Shown: positions 22,401-32,620 of the stretch, in pieces | Layout: the number at the start of each line of letters is the position of its first letter | Position numbering within the stretch: the first letter of the stretch is position 1 | From: Octopus bimaculoides | Taxonomy: Eukaryota | Direction of reading: 5' to 3' | Length of the DNA stretch: 64,000 nucleotides | Assembly (NCBI RefSeq): GCF_001194135.2 | Contig: NC_068991.1 | Span: 589,184 to 653,183, forward strand | Made by a program: the position numbers and the translations under genes | Notes under the pieces: generated by a model | The model's database searches: none | Seen by the model: the letters and a program-made list of their open reading frames with translations, nothing else | Told to the model about the DNA's origin: nothing

Positions 22401-25100
22401 TTGATGATGCCCGTTTTTCCATGCTGGCATGGGTTGGATGGTTTAAGAGGATCCAATGAGTCGTTGGGCTACATCAACCTCTGATGTCAGCTTTGGCAAG
22501 GTTTCTATTGCTGGATGCCCTTCCTAATGCCAACCACTTTACAGAGTGGCACTGGGTGCTTTTTACATGGCACTGGCACTTGTTGAGTTGCTAAGTCATT
22601 TGCAAAGCAAGGAAAGAATAAGAAAGGGCCAAAGGCTTCTTCATCTAAATGGAGGGGGTATGGTTAGTGTTTGAGAGAGGAAGAAAGGCAACTCCATGTT
22701 ATATAAGGGTAACTGGAAAGAAGTGGTGGTGGTGGTGGTGGTGGGATGCTGGAAAGGGGATGTAATGAGTGATGATGGGAGTGTCTCAGGAGAGTGGCCT
22801 GAAGGACAATGTGATTGAGGGGAGATTGAGAACTGAGCCTGATGAATGCCTACCTGTGTGCTAAATTCGTCACCTTTCATGGCTAACTCTGCAGGTAGAT
22901 ACCCTTCTTAATACCAACCAATTTACAGAATGTTCTGGGTGCATTTGATTATGGCGCCAGGACCAGAAAGACTCTCATGTATTTAGACAGACCGAGTGGT
23001 GTTCCCACCCTGCTACCCTGTCTTGGCTCGTTAACAATGGGCTTTGAGTACATTCTGTGGTGTCACCTGTCTTGTTTAGGTGTGTTTTGCTCTGTTAGAG
23101 TAAAAAGTCTTCATGATGTGTCATGGAAGGTAACATGGTTAGAGGGGGAGGAGACATAAGGAGCAGAGTAAGTGGGGGGGAAAGATTGGTGGGGTGAGTG
23201 GGTCTTAGAGGAGGCAGTGAGGGTATGATGAGAGAAACAGAGAGAGAGGATACAGTGGAGAGGGAAAAGGGGGAGTAGTAGAAAGGGAGCATGGGGGGAG
23301 AGATGAGGAAATTTGTGCATTGTTTTCTTGTTGTAGGGGTTAGGGTCCATTCTATTAATCTGTGGAATTGTCTTTTAAAAGTTAGACAAAATATTTTATT
23401 GTTTTTTTTGTGATTTTCTCTGTTAAGGTTCAAGGAATTGGTCCTGTATTTAAACTGAACATAACTTTACAGAACACCTCATTGACAAACCCATCGACCA
23501 ACCTCTGCCTTAATTTTGATTACAATCCTAGACTTTATTCCTTCAGGAAGTCTCGTATACCTGTAAGTTGCTTTTACTCTCCTCCTTGTCGTCGTAGTCA
23601 TTTAATGTCCATTTTTCTTGCTGGTATGGGTTAAATGGTTTGACAGGATCCCCTAAACTGCAGGGCTGCATCATGCGCCCCTGTGTGTTTTGTCAGGGTT
23701 TCTAGTGCTGGATGCAGTAGAAATCATGAGACATTGCCTGGAAAAAGGGGTTTACTGTCACCTGTGTAGGCTACAGTGAAATGCTGGCCAACACCACTGA
23801 AACCAGCAATTTACACCAGACACCAAGATCTATTGTCGAATCCAGTACGTATATGTGTATGCATGCATGTGTGTGTGTGTGTATATATGCATGTATGCTT
23901 GTATGTATGTATGTATAAACCATGTGCACATGGTGTTAATGTCTACTACAGCTGTTCTCCATCCTTCTTCCATTACAGATTCCATTCCTTGTGCCTGGTT
24001 TGGACTATGTCTTTGATATATTAGTTGATTGTAAGAGCGAGAAAGGCATCTCGGATGACATCAAGGTTGGTATTAACTACATTGGGCCACCAAATGCCCC
24101 ACACTACATTCCTATTCTAATACTCTATAAATATATATACTAATACACTGCACTGCTTCATCGGTCCACTTGTGTACTAATACTCTATCTACGTTTATAT
24201 TTCTGGATTTCGGGTTTGGCCTCTTCTCTCTGCAATGTCCATGGTTTGGCCATTACGTGGACAGGACCTGGTGGTGACCTGGTGGTGACCTGGTGGTGAC
24301 CTGGTGGTGACATTTGGCATTTGAAGTGAAATGTTTCTGTTTCTGAGTCTTTCTCTCTCAATATTTTACGTACATCATTGTTACAACTAAGCAAGCGACA
24401 CTCACTAGCGCCACCTATGTTGGGTCATTGGCTAAACAAAAATAACTGACAACATCAACCGCCTGTCTTTTACTTGTGTCAGTCATTAGACTGTGGCCAT
24501 GCTGGGGCAGCACTGCCTTGAAGGATTTTTAGTGAAAGGAATTGAACTCGGTACTTTTTATATTTTTTAAGTCTGCTACTTATTCTATCAGTCTCTTTTG
24601 TTAAACCACTAAGTTATGGGGACATAAACATACCAACACTGGTTTTCAAGGGGTGGGGGGGGACAACACACATACATACACACATACACACATACATACA
24701 TACATACATACATACGTACATGCATATATGATGGGCTTCTTTCTGTTTTCATCTACCAGATCAACTCACAAAGTCTTTGGTTGGCCTGAGGCTAAAGTAG
24801 AAGACATTTGGGCAAGGTGCCACTCTGTGGAACTGAACCTGGAACCATGTGGTTGGAAGGCAAATCTCTTATTACACAGACATGCCTGTGCCCCTTGTCA
24901 TTCTCCTCTACACATCACCAAACGAATTACCTAATTAATATCCCCCTCCCACCACAAGTTAATTAATTCCAAAATGATGGCTGTTTGTTTTATATTTGTT
25001 TTGTTTTTTGTAGGTGTTGCTCTACCGGACTGGTCATCTTCTTCCATTGTTGACCGCTGTTATTAGTATGCCTGTAAGTGAGGCCATACCAACCGACTGA
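12213..25100 (+). CDS. BBS1: Bardet-Biedl syndrome 1 protein (BBSome subunit); whole-gene span, incomplete in the middle
   Basis: Phase-consistent GT-AG exons: 12213-12220, 13684-13853, 14417-14506, 15146-15270, 16287-16333, [missing exons], 20526-20754, 21773-21931, 22130-22263, 23428-23562, 23979-24065, 25014-25100. Translation includes BBS1 hallmarks [102 protein letters not shown]. Confidence 0.95.
12833..12863. repeat. interstitial telomere-type repeat, about 5 copies of (CCCTAA)
   Basis: CTAACCCTAACCCTAACCCTAACCCTAACCC in a BBS1 intron. Confidence 0.85.
13684..13853 (+). CDS. BBS1: BBS1 exon ([14 protein letters not shown]...KLKVFQG)
   Basis: TTTTTATTGCAG acceptor; weak GTCTAC donor required by phase; 170 nt. 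Confidence 0.92.
14417..14506 (+). CDS. BBS1: BBS1 exon (TTLIHESTLLDLP...HEPRTP)
   Basis: TTCCAG acceptor, GTGAGT donor, 90 nt, phase 1-1. Confidence 0.93.
15146..15270 (+). CDS. BBS1: BBS1 exon ([22 protein letters not shown]...QVKQ)
   Basis: TTTCTCTTGGCAG acceptor, GTGAGT donor, 125 nt. Confidence 0.95.
16287..16333 (+). CDS. BBS1: BBS1 exon (EKISPFQMWERLESL)
   Basis: TTTCTCTTCCTATCAG acceptor, GTAAGT donor. Phase 0 start matches the previous exon, and the peptide aligns to the expected D-R-I-D-P...L-E-S segment. Confidence 0.8.
16495..17115 (-). mobile_element. 3' tail of an RTE-type LINE/SINE with a (GAT)n tail
   Basis: Minus strand encodes a GRSRPKKT-like C-terminal remnant, then a conserved 3' end (...CCAACCCATACCAGCATGGAAAGCAGACGTTAAA) and (GAT/GAC)n at 16384-16500. 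Shorter copies lie at about 5470-5620 (+), 7768, 15640, 19920, 21550, 22390 and 23590 (-). Confidence 0.65.
17120..17750 (+). mobile_element. 5'-truncated R4/Dong-like non-LTR retrotransposon (restriction-like endonuclease C-terminus) ending in (TAA)n
   Basis: Single frame NQVAKGLHWKLC...WYEH...KILWNFPIQTD...RPHLVVVDK...IADVACPFDP*...KYEIAQLWK...VPIIVGSLGAV...IIRKVLES* (stop 17602-17604), with two in-frame stops (17362, 17398). About 95 nt of 3'UTR precede the TAA repeats. Confidence 0.8.
20526..20754 (+). CDS. BBS1: BBS1 exon (GKRLWNIKLPASVMTM...GNLILTTR)
   Basis: CTTTTAG acceptor, GTAAAT donor, 229 nt. Confidence 0.95.
21773..21931 (+). CDS. BBS1: BBS1 exon (GGLIVKILRR...IRERENPV)
   Basis: CTGTTCAG acceptor, GTGAGT donor, 159 nt. 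Confidence 0.95.
22130..22263 (+). CDS. BBS1: BBS1 exon (MFRTFQRDL...PLKISAQ)
   Basis: CTGTTTCAG acceptor, GTAATA donor, 134 nt. Confidence 0.93.
23428..23562 (+). CDS. BBS1: BBS1 exon ([10 protein letters not shown]...KSRIP)
   Basis: AAG acceptor after a T-rich tract, GTAAGT donor, 135 nt. Confidence 0.93.
23979..24065 (+). CDS. BBS1: BBS1 exon ([10 protein letters not shown]...KGISDDIK)
   Basis: CCATTACAG acceptor, GTTGGT donor, 87 nt. Confidence 0.92.
24265..24311. repeat. 11-bp tandem repeat (GACCTGGTGGT) x4
   Basis: Four exact units read directly. Confidence 0.9.
25014..25100 (+). CDS. BBS1: BBS1 last exon (VLLYRTG...ISMPVSEAIPTD*)
   Basis: TTTTTTGTAG acceptor, TGA at 25098-25100; AATAAA at 25401-25406. 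Confidence 0.92.
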   Translation: MLLYRTGHLLPLLTAVISMPVSEAIPTD

Positions 25101-25464
25101 CCACTGCTCTTGTCAACATTTAATGCTTTGGATTCGGCAACAAAACCTTCACGGGTTTTAGTTTCTTGTTTTGCAATCAAAATGGATTTATGTCATCATC
25201 GCTGAGAAATAGCTGTTTGCTTAGTTTAAAGGGAAGTTGGGATTTCATATTGTCCCCACCACCACCACCACCACCATCATCATCAGTATCATCATCAGTA
25301 TTATTGTTGTCATCAGCATCTTCACATTATTATCAAAATGATGATGGTGTTTTATTTATTTATTTTGTTCTGTCTTGTGAAATCCTTAACTGTAAATTCC
25401 AATAAATAATTCTTGTAAACTCAATGGCTTTGTTTTACCATTCCTCAGAAGCAGTTTGTTGTCG

Positions 25465-25645
25465 TTAACCCTTCAGCATTCAGATTATTCCTCTGTCAAA
25501 ATGTAATACTTATTTATTTCCATTGTTTTTTCGTTAATCCTGGATTATAACATAACTTTGAGGTTTTGGTGATGTGATTCTTCATTTTGAGAATGGCATT
25601 GTAGAGTAGGTATGAGAAGCCAGATCTGACAGGTTTGAATAGAAC
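25465..25645. mobile_element. piggyBac-like MITE, one end
   Basis: Begins TTAACCCTT (TTAA + CCC terminus); the other end is not intact. A second degenerate TTAA-type MITE may lie at about 12474-12702 (ends GAAAGGGTT). Confidence 0.4.
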
Positions 25646-25943
25646 CATCCAATAGCAACTTTCTTTGCATTATTATGTTCATCATGTGACTACCACTGCT
25701 TTCCTCATAACAGGATATCCTCCTTCTGTACAAGTTTAGATAGACTGAGTCGTTCTACAGAAAACCTACCAATGAAACCTTATCACCTGGCCTCCAGGTA
25801 TCTTTGTTCTATAATTCCTTAAGAAAATTCCTCTCTTCACCCCTTTTCTTTTCTCACCTGAAGAGTTTCACAAAGAGTTTTTACCTCTTTACTAACCATT
25901 GTGTCTGTCTATCATATGGAGTCTATTCAGTCGAGTGTATCCT

Positions 25944-26315
25944 TTTTACCTCTGCCTTAGCGAAGGTGGAGCTATTGTCTTCAGTTGTGTTTGTTTGCTT
26001 GTTTGTCTGTGGGCAAGATATCTCAAGAACTGCTGGATGGATTTCAGTAAAACTTACTGGAATGCCTGGCCTCCTGACTGACACGAACTGATTAGATTTT
26101 GGGATCGATCCAGTACTGGACAAGGATTCTGGATTATTTTCCTGTTCTTTTTACTTAACTTTTGAGAGCAGTTAGATTCATTTTTAGTATTCTCTTTTGT
26201 GAGAGCAGTTGAGTTCATTTCAGATATTCTCATTTTAAAAATCATCTCTTGCTAATCATTGAGAGGGCGTTGGTGTTGTCTTGGCGGAGGTTTGTTCTCT
26301 CTGAGTGCTCTTGTT
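25944..26315 (+). mobile_element. non-autonomous Helentron/HINE (DINE-1-like) element
   Basis: 5' TTTTTACCTCTGCC, an internal (GTTT)n/GTCT microsatellite, a subterminal inverted copy CTTGGCGGAGG at 26280-26290, then a short palindrome (CTC...GAG) and CTCTTGTT end. This is the HINE architecture. Confidence 0.65.
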
Positions 26316-26987
26316 TTAAATTGTAACTCTGTACATGTTAGGGAAGGGCAAATGGCAAATCGCACCAATATCTCTGCCAAGAAAGCACCATGAGAAAGTC
26401 AGAATGAAAGGATGCTATGGCTTCACCCAATGGGAGAACTCACACTTAATCAGGAAGGAAAAAACACTAAGAGTATTAATGATTAGATTATGGGAAAAAA
26501 AACCCATAACTACCTCACCAAAGAAGCAAAAAAAAAAAGAAAAAAAGGAGGGTGGTGGTGGTGGTGGTGGTGCAGGATTAAGCATCGGATTTCATTGGCA
26601 TCAAATTCCCATTATGTCTGTTATTTCCTTTCTCTTCAGCACAACTGTTGCCAATCATTTCTAATTAGGATTCTATAATTATTGTTGTTACAGAATTGGG
26701 GTTATGCTTGATGTCCAATCTGTCCTTTCACCTTCAGTATCCACCCTCCCGCTACCTTTGATGTTGAAGTATTTCGAGGGGTTAGGGAGTCCCATTATTT
26801 CAAGGATGATGGCGGGAGCAATTTGTAATTGGTTAAGGTTTTCAGATGGTAATGGAGGGAGAGAAGCTTTTAAGTCTTGGCGATTGTATTGGAGGCAGCC
26901 AAAAGAGAGAGAGAGAGGGAGGTTGCTAGAGAGAGGGAAAGATAGATAGATAGACAAAGAGAGAGAGAGAGAGACAGAGAGAGAGAT

Positions 26988-27027
<40 letters not shown>

Positions 27028-27129
27028 GGAGGTTGCTAGAGAGAGAGAGAGAGAAATAGAAAGAAGGAGGTTGCTAGAGAGAAAGAAAGATAGACAGAGA
27101 GACAGAGAGAAAGAGGGAGGTTGCTAGAG

Positions 27130-27197
<68 letters not shown>

Positions 27198-28150
27198 GTT
27201 TTCAATGTCAACACCAATTTCTCTTCAAAATCAATAATTTATATATAAACATGCAAATGCCAAAATTGCAATTATGTTTCTAATTAATGGATTTTTAATG
27301 AACTAATTTTTAATAAATATTGATTTCTAACTTAGATCCAAGGCCACACATTTTTATTGTGGATGGGTGGGTGGGATATAATCCTTTTATCTTTCTCCCC
27401 CACCTACTTTTTTTAATCGACTTCTGGAATAATGAACAGCAAAGTTGACCCCAATAGGATTTGAACCTAAAGCATGGAAACAATGACAAGACAGTTTACC
27501 CAACTGCACCAATCTGCAACTCTTTATTTTTTATTGACTTTAATAAAAGTTTTGTTTCGTTAAACATGTTAGCCCATATTAAACTGTAAATTTTTCATGC
27601 AGAAGGCGACCCTGGGATATTGTAATCCATTTAATCTGGTTCTGTTGCCAGTCAAATAACTATTTAACACCAAATATTAAGATTCCGTCATTGTAGAATT
27701 TTAAAGAATTTGCTTATTTCCAGTTGACATTTGTCTTTATTCCTCACAGACTCTGCAAGAATATCTTTTGCTAACTTTGCAATAATCATAACCAATCAGA
27801 TGTAGTGATGTCTTAACAAGAGGTCAGAGGTCAAGTACAGAGTTACTGGTTTTGCCTTTAATTTAGAAAAAAAATTAATTCTTTTTTTATTTTTCTTGGA
27901 TTGGTTTAATTGGAGGGGAAACAGGATTGGGTTATCACTTTCAGAAAACAGGACTGAGTTGGCATTAGTTTAAAACAGAAAAAGACAAATGAAGTTCACA
28001 ATCTTTTATTATACAGAACTATTGGATTTTTTTTTTCAAAGTTTTTATTTTTATTTTTGTACATATTCGTTGGTGACAAAAATATTCTTCTGTTTACAAG
28101 TTTTCTCAGGGAACACAAAAAGAAATTCAGACTTGGATTAAGCAATCAAA

Positions 28151-28195
<45 letters not shown>

Positions 28196-28720
28196 AAGAA
28201 ATCATCATGATCATCATGATCATCATAATCATCATCATCATTATCATTATTACTATTATTATTAATGTTTTATTCATGATTTGGGTGATACACGAAAAGG
28301 TTTGTCTTCTCTATCACAAAGAATCAGGAACATCTTGGAAGACAGACGTACAAATAATCAACGTTAACAAATGCTGTGTAACAATGTAAATGTTCTAAAA
28401 ATATTTACAGAGCCCTAGTATTGCTATTTTCTCAAACATACTTATGGCCATCCTTAGAAGTAATCTATCAATGTCTTGACAGAAGTTGTTGTGGATCATG
28501 TTATTTCTAATTTAACAGTCAAGCCAAGGTCAGCCGACTTCTGTCCAACATTAATTGTTTGGTATTGCTTTGTCAATTGTTAATATGTTGTTTTGGGAAA
28601 AGAACTTGATGCCATGATGTCTGTAAACTAAACTTCCTGGTAATCTTTGCATCTTCTGCCTTTGTAAAGAAAGATTGGTGGAAGCTTGTAAGAATACTTT
28701 TGAACTTTGTCTTCAAGACG

Positions 28721-28755
<35 letters not shown>

Positions 28756-30359
28756 GCATACACACATATATACATACATACATACATACACACATACATA
28801 CATACATCTATTACCAGCAGCATTAGATGTCATTAGGATAAACAGGGGTGTCAGGTAGCTTTGCTGTGAAATGTGTCTAAAATATTTAACCACAGTTTAT
28901 GAATTCCATAGCAAGGCTTAAAATACATGTTTACTAAAGACACACCCTTGTAAGTTCACCTTATTCTCTGTCTATCTCTCTCTCTGTGTCTTTCTGTCTG
29001 TCTCTCTCTGTTTTTCTGTCTGTCTCTCTCTGTCTTTCTGTCTGTCTCTCTCTGTCTTTCTGTCTGTCTCTCTCTCTCTCTATTATTTGGTGGAAACTAG
29101 TGCTGAATGTATTTTATAAAGAAAATGTCTATTTAAGCCACTTGTGTTATCTCTACTATAAGAATTTTAAATGTTTATCATAAAAAAGATGTTTGATATT
29201 GAAGGCCTGTTGTGTGGTGTAAATAATGTTGCTTCTTCCTCTACCACTTTAGATTATCTTTCAAGAATCCAGGTTAGATATTATTAGTTTTTATTGCTAT
29301 TAGACATCCAGCTTATGAGTATATTGCCTATATAAGGACAAGTTGTTATCATTGGCTATTCAGCCTATGAATATATTGTCCATATAAGGATATCTCTTAA
29401 TCTTTGGTCACCATTATCGTCAGCTATAGAATTTTAATGTCTAATTTTGCTGTCATCTTAATTTTAGATTTCAGCTGTTGAAGATAGAATTCAGTTTTTG
29501 GGTGAAAACTTCATTGCTGCCATCACAATTGATGATCTTTTGACCATCAGATTCCTCCATTGTGGGTGATGGAGTAGAGCTGAATAGTTAAGAAGTTTGC
29601 TTCACAGCAACAAGATGTTAGGTTCAATCCTAATGCATGGCATCTTCAGAAAATGTCATTTTCTATAGCCTCAAGTCAAGCTATAGCGTAAGGGTGAAAT
29701 TGAGGAGATGGAAACTGTATCGAAGCCGGTATTGAAATGTGTCTTTAATTGAAAAAGGTACAACTTTGTCATATATTATGTCACATAAATTTTGACAGAG
29801 AATTATGTTAAGGATATGTATGTGGAGCCCTCAACCACTTTGATGCTGATTCAAGAGCAGGAAATTCACTTGATCAAAAATCTGAATTCCCATTGTCAAA
29901 CAATTTGTGTGTGTGTGTGTGTGTGTGTGTGCAGTTTTATAAATATAAAGTCCTATCGTTTTTCTATTATTTTAGATAGGTTCCAGGCCTATGGATTTAA
30001 TGACGGGAATTTGTCAGCAGCTTGTTTATATAATTCATTAGCCACTCTTTACAAAATTCGTTAGCCACTCATCATACAAATAATTATCTTTGTGGCACCG
30101 GATAAAGATAGAAAACACTGCCAGAATGCAGGGAACAGAGTTGACCCCTATGGGGACTGCCTTTTCTGAATTTCCCTAAAAGTTACCACAAATGTAAAGA
30201 TTTGCCCAAAACACTAAAAGTTGTTCAAAATCATGGAAAATAATCTTGAGATTAAAACTGAGAGTCAGGAACATGTGAAATATTGCAACTTTTAGTGCTG
30301 CTGGTTTATATAGAATTAATGGTATGAGGAGAAGAACTAACAGTAGTAATAATAATAAT

Positions 30360-30448
<89 letters not shown>

Positions 30449-31090
30449 CTTCAATTAATAATGCTGTGTCTTTTGATTTAATTAAACAATCACTTTCTTT
30501 GCTGAAAATGTAAATTTGTGAAAGGCAGAATTACAGAAAGATACAAAAAAAAAAAAAGAAAAAAAAATGAAGAAAAGAACTGTTGACTTGGAAACATCCA
30601 AATTGCTGAGTCATTAGAATTTAGAGTATATCTAGAATCTTAAAGTTTTGGTGGTACCACAGTTATTACTGGTTAGAAAGTCAGGTGAATGTTGCATGCT
30701 GGGATCTGTCATAGGTATAAATAGAACCCTTTTAAACTACCAACGTCCATCCTATTCTTTTAGGTACTTTGTGGAGAATGCCCTTGCTTGTGTTTGCTGA
30801 GTAGCAATATTAATTAGCAATATTGAAGCTCTGATGAAGCATTCAACTAGGAGTGCATTGTGTCTTATAGCAGAAACAACTGTAAGCTAATGAAGTCCCT
30901 GACATAACTTCATATTCCCTTGTCATTCATTCAATTTCTTATTACTGCTCTGCACTCGATTAACACTTTGTTCTCAGGCCTGTGTATACTGAGTTCTAAC
31001 ACCAGGTTATTTATATTGCAATGTCTGCTGGGTGTGGACAGCTGACACTTTCCCTCATACCCAGCAAAGTAAGCTGAGCGTTTTCACCAA

Positions 31091-31146
<56 letters not shown>

Positions 31147-31317
31147 NNNNNNNNNNNNNNNNNNNNNNNNNNNNNNNNNNNNNNNNNNNNNNNNNNNNNN
31201 NNNNNNNNNNNNNNNNNNNNNNNNNNNNNNNNNNNNNNNNNNNNNNNNNNNNNNNNNNNNNNNNNNNNNNNNNNNNNNNNNNNNNNNNNNNNNNNNNNNN
31301 NNNNNNNNNNNNNNNNN

Positions 31318-31350
<33 letters not shown>

Positions 31351-32367
31351 GTATATGTATATATATATGTATACGTATGCATGAATGTGTGTGCGTGTAT
31401 GCGCATGTGAGTATACACATAAATGCAACTCCCACATGCAACACCCTCACCATTCCAGTTATTCTGTACCATGTTACACAATATTGCTGTATATTATTTG
31501 TCAGAAGTACCAAGACCAACTTAAATATTCCTTGAACATTTAAACTAGTCCCCTCACTTCTTAACCCTAGAATATTTTGTACTGTTCCCAGCAATTACAC
31601 CTATGGCATAGACTCTAACTTGGATTTATTCTGACTGAGGCAGACCCTCATTAGTCTCCCTTGATTCTGGAATTTCCTGTAATTATTCAGTGGACAATTC
31701 CATAGTTGAAACAAATTTGGTCAGTCTGTGTTTTTGAAATTGGTTGATTCTTGTCTGATTGGTTACGAAAATAGAGCAACTATATTTGTGCCGAATAATT
31801 CTGATTCTTTGGAATGGAATGGAAATGAATTGGAGTGATTGGGGCAGCAGTTCCCAACATATGTCATTGAAGAATTCTCAAAGGGTTGCAAAGACAAAAG
31901 TTTTTACTTTTAAACATTTGATAAATGTAATGTTCATCAATATGTTATACAATAAGCAGGAGGCATGAAAGCCACAGCACAACATTACGAAAGCTGAAGA
32001 ATATTTCCACTGGACCAGAGACACATGTTGAGTGTGACCCTTTAGAATTTATCAATTAAGGTGAGAGAGATAAACTGATTGAATAGAATGTGTGTGATGA
32101 TGGCAAAATGTTGGGAGCTGTTGGTTTCACATTTGATAACTTCTTTTTAAGAGTCGACAGTCAACATTTAATGAGGGTGCCTTCAAGAACCAGTCTGTGG
32201 TACCACATGTTTAATGTGTCAGGATCCATAGAGTCAGTGGTTAGTTTTTGTTTCTGTAGTATTAAACGGATGAGAGGTGAACTCCTCCTGGAGAGGATGC
32301 TAAGATGCTATAGTTTAGAAAAGTGAAAAGATCAGTGTAAAAGTTGTTTTGTATTGTATAGAAAATT

Positions 32368-32620
32368 GTCATAGTTGCTATGGTTGAGTCATAGTTGCTA
32401 TGACAGAATCATAGTTGCTGTGATAGGGTTATGTTATAAATGTGTAGAAGATGGCCATAATTGCTATAACAAGGTCATAGTTGCTATAATACAGTCATAA
32501 TTGCTATAACAAGATCATAGTGGCTATAACAGAGTCATAGTTGCTATAACAGAGCGACAACAAGGTTGTCATATATGTACAGTAAAAGATCATAGTTGCT
32601 ATAAAATAGTCATTGATTCT
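32368..32620. repeat. about 20-bp minisatellite (GTCATAGTTGCTATAACA..)
   Basis: About 8-10 degenerate units of CATAGTTGCTA. Confidence 0.8.
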
